Shown piece by piece: positions 40,685 to 49,353 of a stretch of DNA of 64,000 nucleotides (position 1 is its first letter; each line of letters starts with the position of its first letter). The notes beneath the pieces were generated by a model. It made no database searches. It was not told the origin of the DNA and worked only from the letters and a program-made list of their open reading frames with translations. The position numbers were made by a program, and so were the translations under genes. The DNA lies in NCBI GenBank assembly GCA_048938895.1, contig JBHLLU010000018.1, forward strand, positions 1-64,000. Reading direction: 5' to 3'. This stretch comes from Promethearchaeota archaeon. Lineage in GTDB: Archaea; Asgardarchaeota; Lokiarchaeia; Sigyniarchaeales; SOKP01.

Positions 40685-40846
40685 TTAAAATCCAAAAACG
40701 CGTTTTATTTTATCATAGACTTCTTTTATCTGTTTAAGTTTTCCCTCATCCCCTTGATTTAAAAAGTGTTCAATCCATTGTCCAAACGCGCCACCTTTAA
40801 TCCATTCTAGAAAGTACTCAACTGATTGACGTTCCTCTGCTGACAT
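40685..40846 (-). CDS. Small 53-aa helical hypothetical protein (absent from the ORF track)
   Basis: ATG at 40846 to TAA at 40685: MSAEERQSVEYFLEWIKGGAFGQWIEHFLNQGDEGKLKQIKEVYDKIKRVFGF; fills an otherwise empty gap and has protein-like composition. Confidence 0.65.
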   Translation of the reverse strand: MSAEERQSVEYFLEWIKGGAFGQWIEHFLNQGDEGKLKQIKEVYDKIKRVFGF

Positions 40847-40996
40847 TTTTTATTCGGGTTCTTTCTAATTTAAGTTTTTGATACTAATTAACTTTTTATA
40901 AATATAATAAATTATACCAATTTATAATTTAATAATTCTAAATCAATTAAATAAAGTTATTGAAAATTTTAATAAAATGTTATATGTGATGATAAA

Positions 40997-41953
40997 ATGT
41001 CAGTAAGGATCAAAACACCTAATCTTGATGATATCTTCGAAAAATGGAAACAAAAAGCAGCAAGAATAGATCGGAAAAAGATGGAAAAACAGTTTGGAAC
41101 AAAAGGAGCAGTTTTCTCTTTAGATGCTATTAGTGCTGCTGAGTATGTTAAGGATACAATGAAGGAAGCAGCTATTTACTTTGCTGTTAAAAAATCTCTT
41201 GGACCCGCTCCTAAAGGGAAAGAAGAAAATATTGTTACAGCGCCTCGAGTGGGTAGAGAGCAATTCTATTCTTTTAAGGGTGCTACTAAAATAAATAAGG
41301 AAAATTGGAAAGGCAATGAAAAAGTTCCACAATATGAATCTATTCAAGCAGTTCCATGTAAGAATTGTAAAGGCAAAGGATATTTAGAAAATAAATGCAA
41401 AACATGTAAAGGGACTGGAAAAATTGAGGAAACTATTACTGTTTTAGTAGGCGAGGAACAAAATAAAGAAAAAAAAATATTTTCTTATTCTTGTGGTGCA
41501 TGTTATGGAACTGGAAACAGAACAGAGCCTTGTAAAGAATGTGGAGGACATAAAAGTATGTATAAATATGAGACACTTCCTGTTCCCTTCAAAACAGTAA
41601 TAACTGGAGTTCCAATACTTCATAGTAGTGCCCAAACAAAATATGAAAAAGAAATTGGGGATGATCTTCATAGCATGATTGAAGATGTTGAGGGCATTAG
41701 ATTTAGTGATTTCAAAGAATTAGAATCTAAAGCAGAAGCTTCATTAGGTTATATGAACAAAAATATAAGTAAAACCATTGGTGCTGCTAGAAGTGATTAT
41801 AAAAAACATGAGAAAGACAGTGACGCACAGATCACTACACAAATTTATTTGTTCCCAATGATACAGATGTTTTGCGAAACTAAAAAAGGCCAAAAATTTG
41901 AATTATATAGTTTGGGCTCAGGAAATAAATTTATGACTTATTCTAATTTCTAA
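40997..41953 (+). CDS. CxxCxGxG (DnaJ-type) zinc-finger protein without a J domain
   Basis: CKNCKGKG, CKTCKGTG, CGACYGTG, CKECGG; no HPD motif. Confidence 0.8.
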   Translation: MSVRIKTPNLDDIFEKWKQKAARIDRKKMEKQFGTKGAVFSLDAISAAEYVKDTMKEAAIYFAVKKSLGPAPKGKEENIVTAPRVGREQFYSFKGATKINKENWKGNEKVPQYESIQAVPCKNCKGKGYLENKCKTCKGTGKIEETITVLVGEEQNKEKKIFSYSCGACYGTGNRTEPCKECGGHKSMYKYETLPVPFKTVITGVPILHSSAQTKYEKEIGDDLHSMIEDVEGIRFSDFKELESKAEASLGYMNKNISKTIGAARSDYKKHEKDSDAQITTQIYLFPMIQMFCETKKGQKFELYSLGSGNKFMTYSNF

Positions 41954-41970
41954 ACATTTTTTCCTCTTTA

Positions 41971-42570
41971 TTAGAAAAAGATTTTATCAAAGACTTGAGG
42001 CAAATTTTCAATTATTTGTTTTCTTGTAGCAGCTATTAAAGTAATAGCGATAATTCCTCCTAACCCAAATTGGATGATTCCATTCAATATTAACTCGTAT
42101 ACAGCAGCAACTACTCCGTAGATGAAGATTTCATATAGGAAATATCCATATGCCATTAAAAAACCTCCAGCTATTACACCTAAAATGTCTCTGTAATTAA
42201 TTTTTTCAAAATTTTTTTTAGGATCAGCAATTAAACCTACTAAAAATCCTTCTAGACCTTTAATTACTAAAGTTCCAGGAGCATAAATAGGGTAGGCTAA
42301 TAGGATATCGGCAAGACAAGATCCGATTCCTCCAGATAACCCTCCTATCAATGGACCAAACATCAATCCACAAATCATGACTCCAGCATCACCGATGTTG
42401 ATGTAACCTTGAGTTGCAGGAATTGGAATTGAAATTACTATAGTTAATACACAAATCAATCCTGAAAACACACCAGTTATTGAAAGAGATATGATTATTC
42501 TTGGTGTAAGACGTTTTCCATGACTACCACTTCTTAATGAGTTATTACTTTCTACTATTATTATCGCCAT
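41971..42570 (-). CDS. ECF transporter S component
   Basis: IPIPATQGYINIGD, GGIGSCLAD, YAPGTLVIKGLEG. Confidence 0.9.
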   Translation of the reverse strand: MAIIIVESNNSLRSGSHGKRLTPRIIISLSITGVFSGLICVLTIVISIPIPATQGYINIGDAGVMICGLMFGPLIGGLSGGIGSCLADILLAYPIYAPGTLVIKGLEGFLVGLIADPKKNFEKINYRDILGVIAGGFLMAYGYFLYEIFIYGVVAAVYELILNGIIQFGLGGIIAITLIAATRKQIIENLPQVFDKIFF

Positions 42571-42757
42571 TGTATTTGTTATCTAATTTCTTGAATCTTT
42601 TAGTCTATATAAAATTAATTTACGCAATAAGGATATAAATAGATGAAGAATATCATTTGATTTTTTTTTCTATAAATAAAATTTAAATGGAATAATCTAT
42701 ATTTATTAACTGATTTACGATGGATCGTAAATTTAAGAAAAACTAATGTGATTTAAA

Positions 42758-43516
42758 ATTCTTATATGGGTTATTCTATTTGCCATTTTAGGAAGTGTTG
42801 GAGCAATAATGGCTGCTTCACTCTTTTTGGTCTTAAATGAAAATATTCAAAAAAAAATCATTCCCTCACTTTTATCATTTGCAACGGGTGTATTATTAAC
42901 TGCTTCTTTATTAGGATTAATTCCAGAAGCAATTGAAAGTTCAGGTGGAGAAGCCCACGTAATTACACCAACTGTTCTTATCTCAATATTCGTTTTCTTT
43001 TTCTTGGAAAAAATTATTGCGTGGAGAAATTGTCGTGATAACTCCTGTGAAGTTCATTCTCATGCTACAGGACCTATTATTCTTTTAGGTGATGGGATTC
43101 ATAATCTTACTGATGGTATTGTTATCGCTGCAGCATTTCTCACTGAATTTAATCTTGGAGTGATCGTTGGTATAACAATATTGTCTCATGAAATCCCACA
43201 GGAAACGGGAGATTTTGCAATTTTACTACATTCAGGTTATTCGAAAAAAAAGGCAATATTATTTAACTTGCTTTCTAGTTCCGCAACAATCCCCGCAGCA
43301 ATCCTTTCTTATTTCTTATTAAATGTTTTTGATGTATTTGTTCCTTTTTTACTTGCTGTATCAGCAGCTAGTTTCATATATATTGCTTTAACGGATTTAA
43401 CACCAGAATTACATAAAGATACTCAATTGAAATATACTATTCGCCAATTACTGCTTATAATACTAGGGATTGCATTAATGTGGTTTTTATTATCTTTGGG
43501 TATGCATGAACATTAA
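42758..43516 (+). CDS. ZIP-family metal transporter
   Basis: GDGIHNLTDG, SHEIPQETGDF, FIYIALTDL.PE. The frame extends 17 hydrophobic codons upstream of ATG 42809 to ATT 42758; the start is inferred. Confidence 0.9.
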   Translation: MLIWVILFAILGSVGAIMAASLFLVLNENIQKKIIPSLLSFATGVLLTASLLGLIPEAIESSGGEAHVITPTVLISIFVFFFLEKIIAWRNCRDNSCEVHSHATGPIILLGDGIHNLTDGIVIAAAFLTEFNLGVIVGITILSHEIPQETGDFAILLHSGYSKKKAILFNLLSSSATIPAAILSYFLLNVFDVFVPFLLAVSAASFIYIALTDLTPELHKDTQLKYTIRQLLLIILGIALMWFLLSLGMHEH

Positions 43517-43536
43517 CTAATAAAATTTATTTCAAA

Positions 43537-44001
43537 ATGATAGATATAGATTATATTGTATTAAAAACTCTTATGAGATCGGAAGGAGGATTAAAAATCG
43601 GGGAAATCAAAAAGATATTAGATAATGATTGTTTTTTAACCCATTTAGAAATCTTTCATGATAATGGTATCTCACATTCAACATTGGGAAGCTGTATTAA
43701 GAGACTTAAAAAAAAAGGTTATGTTGACTATGAACCCTATCATAAAGCAATTTTAACTCAATATGGTTTTGAGCTCGCAAAAGAATTAAATAGACACAGT
43801 CGTCTTCTTGAAGTTTTATTATTCAATGAATTGGGTTTAAGTTCAAAAAAATCTCATCAGGAAAGTGAAAAGTTAAGCTTTCTTTTATCATGTGAAATAA
43901 TAAATAAAATTTGTGAGAAATATGGTCATCCAAAAAAATGTCCTTGTGGAGAACCAATACTAAATTCACAAGTATGTGCTTGTTCTGAACGGGATCTATA
44001 A
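43537..44001 (+). CDS. DtxR/MntR-family metal-dependent regulator
   Basis: RLKKKGYVDYEPY...LT..G, RHSRLLE, GHPKKCPCGEPI; downstream of the ZIP transporter gene. Confidence 0.85.
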   Translation: MIDIDYIVLKTLMRSEGGLKIGEIKKILDNDCFLTHLEIFHDNGISHSTLGSCIKRLKKKGYVDYEPYHKAILTQYGFELAKELNRHSRLLEVLLFNELGLSSKKSHQESEKLSFLLSCEIINKICEKYGHPKKCPCGEPILNSQVCACSERDL

Positions 44002-44039
44002 ATCAAAAATAAAATATTTACCCTCTTTTAGAGCCAACC

Positions 44040-44199
44040 ATAATTTTGAAAAGTTCTGTTCCTTAAGTGGTGCCGACTAATTAGGTCCCCGAAAATAGTG
44101 CATCCATTTCTATATGGTTATGGATAAAATATTAGATAATTTTTTGCAAAATGTTGTTTTTACCACACTACTCATACCTATAACATTTATCTTTAACCC
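44040..44199 (-). pseudogene. Decayed fragment of an adenylate-kinase-like (FlaR/topology-modulation) P-loop kinase
   Basis: Minus strand reads LKINVIGMSSVVKTTFCKKLSNILSI, frameshift, HIEMDALF, frameshift, RGPN*SAPLKE, which compares with the family pattern IxVIGxSGSGKTTFAxxLxxxLxIPHIELDALFWxPNW. Confidence 0.6.
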
Positions 44200-44239
44200 T
44201 ATTCCAATATTTATCTCTCTCGATAGAACGATTTAAAAA

Positions 44240-44479
44240 TTATGGCTCAAATTTTTTGCCGCTAATCACTTTTTCAATTGCTACTAGACACGCTTCCTCC
44301 CAATCATCGTCAGGATCAATACTTTCACTACAATTAGGACACCAATCATCAGAATACCCTTCATCAAAATCATCATTTTCCATATCACCATTTAGGGTAC
44401 CACCACAATAAAAACAAACACCATCATCATATCTGTCTAATATTTCAGAAATTATGTCAATTTTTTTTTTTGCATTCAT
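44240..44479 (-). CDS. Small acidic zinc-binding protein
   Basis: CFYC...CPNC with Asp/Glu-rich loops. Confidence 0.7.
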   Translation of the reverse strand: MNAKKKIDIISEILDRYDDGVCFYCGGTLNGDMENDDFDEGYSDDWCPNCSESIDPDDDWEEACLVAIEKVISGKKFEP

Positions 44480-44553
44480 CTTTACAAAAGATTAATTATT
44501 TAAAATATAATAAAATAAGAAAAAAAACAATATAAGTATTAATTAACTAGATA

Positions 44554-45618
44554 TTAATAAACAAATGAACTGGCTTCTTTTAACCTCTTCTCAGCAATTG
44601 TAACAATATCACTAATTATTTTTTGCACACTATCTATAGAGTCAATAACTCCAATACTTTGTCCTAAAAGAACAGCACCCTCCTCTATATCACCATCATA
44701 TGTCATTTCATAATGCTTTTGGTCTTCCATTGCCATTTCAGGAGTGATCTGGGCCTCTAGAGCCATCTTTTCCTCTTTAGATGATACAACACCATGATTT
44801 AATGAATATTTATTTTTCCATAGACGAATTGGTCCTAGAACTCCTGTTACCCACGTTGTATCACTTGCTTTCGCGGGAGGTACAATATTTTTATATCTAT
44901 CATGAAATTCACTCTCCTTCGAAGCGATAAATCTGGATCCCATAGCAATTGCTCCCGCGCCCATAGCTAATGCGGAAGCCAGACCCTCCCCACTAGCGAA
45001 CCCACCACATGCTACGACAGGAAAATCTGGGTGCTTTTGCTTAACTTGTTGGAGAAGTACTAATGTACTTACTTTTTCATAGCTCTGGTGCCCACCACCT
45101 TCCCAACCTGTTACTACTAGACCATCCACCTCTGCCTCAACACACTTGTCCGCTAACCAAAGAGCTGGAGCTACATGAAAATGTTTGATTTGTGATCCAC
45201 TTTCTTTTAATTTCTGAAATGTCCTTGACTTAGGTAAAGTTCTTGACGAACCTGCGCTTGTGATGGCATATACACATTGTTCTCTGAGTTTTGGGTTATC
45301 CATAATAAATTTTGGGATTTGGCGACACAGATTTCCTGCATCAAGTTGTAACCTTGCTGTTCTGATGTTAAATCCAAAAGGTTTATTTGTATGTTCTATT
45401 ACAAACTCCATGTCTTTTTTCATTTCTTCGATACTATTCTTTCCAAACATATTTGTATGGCTTAAAACACCTAAACCTCCTGCTTCGGAAACAGCTACGG
45501 CTAACTCTTTAGTATAAAAAGGTCCCATCGGTGCGGAAATTATCGGATGCTTTATCCCCAACATTTCTGTGACTATCGTTTTTATACCCATTTTCCTTAC
45601 CACTTTTACTTCTATCAA
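44554..45618 (-). CDS. Nitronate monooxygenase / FabK-type enoyl reductase family flavoprotein
   Basis: LGIKHPIISAPM, AVSEAGGLG, PFGFN, G.EGGGH, GG...G.G, MGSRF; start probably about 45591. Confidence 0.9.
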   Translation of the reverse strand: MIEVKVVRKMGIKTIVTEMLGIKHPIISAPMGPFYTKELAVAVSEAGGLGVLSHTNMFGKNSIEEMKKDMEFVIEHTNKPFGFNIRTARLQLDAGNLCRQIPKFIMDNPKLREQCVYAITSAGSSRTLPKSRTFQKLKESGSQIKHFHVAPALWLADKCVEAEVDGLVVTGWEGGGHQSYEKVSTLVLLQQVKQKHPDFPVVACGGFASGEGLASALAMGAGAIAMGSRFIASKESEFHDRYKNIVPPAKASDTTWVTGVLGPIRLWKNKYSLNHGVVSSKEEKMALEAQITPEMAMEDQKHYEMTYDGDIEEGAVLLGQSIGVIDSIDSVQKIISDIVTIAEKRLKEASSFVY

Positions 45619-45915
45619 TTTTAAAACAAATTAGAATTTATAAGAATTGGAACTTATAAAAAGTTTTTAATTCTTTATAAAGAAAGCGTCGAAAAGATTT
45701 AGCACATAATAATTCAAAATTTCGAATATCTAAGTATTGACATAAATTGTTTATATTGATTCATTCTTAATTGAAACTAGGCTCGTTCTAAATAAGTTTA
45801 AATATCTGTATCCTATTTTGTTTTTAAGAATTAATTTGTATTTAATAATTTATATCAACCTTTTTTCAAATTTGAATCTGATAAATAAGAAATGCATTTT
45901 TAGGCGATTTTTAAA

Positions 45916-46953
45916 GTGGGAGACGTCATTAACTTAAAATTGATTGTTCTCGGGGAAGGAGACGTAGGGAAGACGTCAATAATAAACGCTTTTCTAGATG
46001 AGGAATTTTCTGAAAGCTATATGCCAACAATTGGGAGTGTGACGACTAGAAAGGAGTATCTCCTAAGCGAAAACGCTATGTCTATTAAATTAACGATATG
46101 GGATCTTGGAGGCCAAAAATCATTTAATCCCTATAATCCTGCTCATTATTCTAATGCTGATCTTGCTATATTGGTATTCGATTTAACGAAACCAGAAGAT
46201 ACACTAAAAAATCTCAAAAAGGAATTTGAAGAAAAATTAGGTAATTCTAAAGAAGAATGCATATCTCTTTTAGCTGGCAACAAATTGGATCTTTTTGAAG
46301 AGAATTCTACCATTAAAAAGACCTTACAAAATTTCCTTAAAGAAAGAGATAACTTCATTTTAATGTCAGCTAAAAATTCTATAAATGTTAATGATTGTTT
46401 TGAGCTTCTCCTATATACTTACTTAAAAAGAGCAGAATTATTAGCATCTGATCTGATTCAAGAGGGCACTGCGAACGATTTCTTAAAATTAATAGCTAAA
46501 GATGAAAAATTTTTACAAACAAAATTAACAAATATAAACACCATTGAAAGTGTCATAGAAAAAATGAGTTTAAAGTCTGAATCAAAAACAATCGATTTTA
46601 CTGAAGATGATACTAATGAATTGAAATATCAAGAATTTTTACAACAGGAAATCTATAAAGTTCGTAATCAGAAAAATGATATATTTGATCAATTTTTAAT
46701 AAATCTTTCTGAGTTTGAAAAAGCTCTAACTCATATAAAGAAGACCCATATCAAATCCACAGGAGAAATGGTTGATGCCTTACGAAATTTATTAATTACA
46801 TCTAAAAATGATTTTGAACAAAATATTAAGTTAATTCAAAAATTAAATCTAGAGGAGCATGAGTTAATGATTATCAACTCCAAGCTCAAAACTGAAAGTC
46901 AAGATATAAATAGTAAGGAAATTCTCCATCAAGATAATATATATAATATTTAA
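45916..46953 (+). CDS. Rab-like small GTPase with long C-terminal helical/coiled-coil extension
   Basis: GEGDVGKT, PTIG, WDLGGQ, NKLD, SAK, followed by about 175 aa of helical sequence. Confidence 0.9.
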   Translation: MGDVINLKLIVLGEGDVGKTSIINAFLDEEFSESYMPTIGSVTTRKEYLLSENAMSIKLTIWDLGGQKSFNPYNPAHYSNADLAILVFDLTKPEDTLKNLKKEFEEKLGNSKEECISLLAGNKLDLFEENSTIKKTLQNFLKERDNFILMSAKNSINVNDCFELLLYTYLKRAELLASDLIQEGTANDFLKLIAKDEKFLQTKLTNINTIESVIEKMSLKSESKTIDFTEDDTNELKYQEFLQQEIYKVRNQKNDIFDQFLINLSEFEKALTHIKKTHIKSTGEMVDALRNLLITSKNDFEQNIKLIQKLNLEEHELMIINSKLKTESQDINSKEILHQDNIYNI

Positions 46954-47015
46954 TTTAGAATGGGGGGATAAAAATATCAAATACAGAACCAATTTCAACA
47001 AAAGATTTACAAAAT

Positions 47016-47885
47016 TTGAAAGATCAAATGAAGAAAATTGATCAGAAATTAAATCAGCAAATAAAAGCACTTGATCAAAAAGCTCTTGATCAGATGAGTA
47101 AATCTGAAAAAAAATTAACTGATCAATTGAAGAAAATCGAACAAAAAATTGACGAGGATCTAAATAAACTTAATCAAACGTTAAGTAACCAGATCACTAA
47201 AGTTGAACAGAATTCATCTGAAAGGTTAGATAAACTTGAGAAGAGTTTAAACGAGCAAATTAACAGTATTAATAAAAAAATTGAAGATATTACTAATATT
47301 TTTGATCAAGAGTTAAAAGAAAAGTTTAATATCTTAAATGAAACAGTAGAAGGTAACTATAAAACATTAATCGAAGAATTAGAAAATTCTTCTAATAAGC
47401 TTGATACTGATATTAAATTTCAAGTCAGTAATGTTGAAGATAAAATAAAAATCATAATTGAAAGCATACAAGCTGTAAATGATGATTTCTCCCTAAAATT
47501 TCAAAGAATGAAAGAGGAATTTGATACTAAAGAGGAAGTTCTGAGAGATATGCTAAAGAAATTTGAAGATGATACGAAAGATTATAGAAATACTCTTAAA
47601 CCTGAGTTAGAGGAGATTAAAAGCCAACAAGATTTATTTAAAATAACTGTTGATGTACTAAAAAAGCAACTATTTGAAAGTGCTAAAGAATGGATTGAAG
47701 ATGAAATTAAGTTAGCATGTAAAAATAAAGAAAGAGAAATTTTGATGAATTTATGGGTTGATGAACTTAAAGATGTTATAAATAATTTAGATAAATTAAA
47801 AGAATCCAATCCTAAGGAGCTTAAACTTCATTTAAATGAAATCTCAAGCACCATTGAATCGTTTCGGCAGAAATTTATAAAATAA
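47016..47885 (+). CDS. Coiled-coil protein with 11-residue (apolipoprotein-like) repeats
   Basis: KKLTDQLKKIE/QKIDEDLNKLN/QTLSNQITKVE/QNSSERLDKLE/KSLNEQINSIN; possible ATA start at 46974. Confidence 0.75.
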   Translation: MKDQMKKIDQKLNQQIKALDQKALDQMSKSEKKLTDQLKKIEQKIDEDLNKLNQTLSNQITKVEQNSSERLDKLEKSLNEQINSINKKIEDITNIFDQELKEKFNILNETVEGNYKTLIEELENSSNKLDTDIKFQVSNVEDKIKIIIESIQAVNDDFSLKFQRMKEEFDTKEEVLRDMLKKFEDDTKDYRNTLKPELEEIKSQQDLFKITVDVLKKQLFESAKEWIEDEIKLACKNKEREILMNLWVDELKDVINNLDKLKESNPKELKLHLNEISSTIESFRQKFIK

Positions 47886-48013
47886 AACTATTCTTACCAT
47901 TGTTTTCTCATTTCCCCCTTATAATTCAATTGTCTTAGATACCATTAAAACAATAGACTTGTTTTTATTAATGTAGAAATTAATTAACAAATGAGGATTA
48001 AATATAAAATTTA

Positions 48014-48991
48014 GTGCCAGTGCTAATGACTCCAAATATTATTTCAATTGGTGAATTATTAGTAGAGATAATGCGAACAGAATTAGATATCCCACATGGA
48101 ATTACTGGTGAAAAATATCAAGGTCCATACCCTAGTGGAGCTCCAGCTATTTTTATTGATTCTGCTTCTCGAATGGGAAATCCCTTTAATTTGACTGCAG
48201 GCTTTATAGGAGTGGTAGGCAATGATGAATTTGGGGACTGCATAATTAACAAGCTAAAAAATGATGGAGTTGATGTATCCCAGATTAAAATATCTGACTC
48301 AGAAGCTACTGGAATTGCTTTTAACCAATATAACTCAGACGGTTCACGGAAATTTATATTTACTCCTGGAGCTGCCGGGAAAACCAATCCATCAGATGTA
48401 AACGATTTTTACTTTAAAGACATAAGATGTTTGCATATTACGGGAAGCGCTCTTTCAATTAGCAATACTTCACATGAAGCTTGTGAAAAAGCAATCAAAA
48501 TAGCGAGAAAAAAAAATCCTAAGGTAATCATCTCTTTTGATCCTAATTTAAGACCAGAAATGCTTAATTTAGATTTGATCCTTAAAATCTGCCAACCTGT
48601 TTTAAAAAAAACCGAAGTTTTACTTCCAAGTGGAGAAGAGGCAGAAATACTGGCAAATTCCAAAGGATCTTTTAAAGCCTGCCAAAATCTTTTGGAGATG
48701 GGACCGAATATCATAGTTTTAAAACAGGGAAAAGAAGGCTGTATAATATTTACAAAAGAAAATTATAATGGAATTAAAGTTAAAGGTCTAAAAGTTGATG
48801 AAATCGATCCAACAGGAGCTGGAGATTCATTTGGAGGAGCATTTTTAATTGGTTATTTAATGAGATGGGATTTAATTAAAATCGCTCGATTTGCCAATGC
48901 TGTAGGAGCGTTAAAAGTGCAAAGTTTTGGACCTATGCCAAATACTTCTTATAGAGAGGTTATCGAATTCGTAGAAAAGCACTATACCTAA
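48014..48991 (+). CDS. PfkB-family carbohydrate kinase
   Basis: GAPA, G.VGND.FG, FDPNLR, DPTGAGDSF. Confidence 0.93.
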   Translation: MPVLMTPNIISIGELLVEIMRTELDIPHGITGEKYQGPYPSGAPAIFIDSASRMGNPFNLTAGFIGVVGNDEFGDCIINKLKNDGVDVSQIKISDSEATGIAFNQYNSDGSRKFIFTPGAAGKTNPSDVNDFYFKDIRCLHITGSALSISNTSHEACEKAIKIARKKNPKVIISFDPNLRPEMLNLDLILKICQPVLKKTEVLLPSGEEAEILANSKGSFKACQNLLEMGPNIIVLKQGKEGCIIFTKENYNGIKVKGLKVDEIDPTGAGDSFGGAFLIGYLMRWDLIKIARFANAVGALKVQSFGPMPNTSYREVIEFVEKHYT

Positions 48992-49353
48992 ATGGATTAA
49001 ACAGATAGAAAGATTTTTTGATTCTTGAATATTGGAACATTAAATAATCCTTAAAATTGTTTGATAATGCCTTTTAAATAAATTTTATCCACATTTTGTT
49101 ATTTTAAATTCGATAAAGGATTGTAGGACATTGTTTTTACATCGGTAATATTTAAATTTAATCATTGGGTGTGTCCAAATTCCCAGAAAAAAAAAGCAAA
49201 AAATCAAAATTTAAATAGCAAAAATAAGTATTATTCATAAGAACAAATTGATGTGCAAAATAATGTTCTATTTATATCGAAAGCTATTTGAACAAAATAG
49301 ATATTTTTGCAATCACAATAATTAAATTTTATAGTTTCTAATCCTAATTCTAT

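Noticed and set aside
44040-44125. GC-richer intergenic patch as a tRNA or ncRNA
   Set aside because: No cloverleaf or T-loop motif; better explained as a kinase pseudogene on the minus strand
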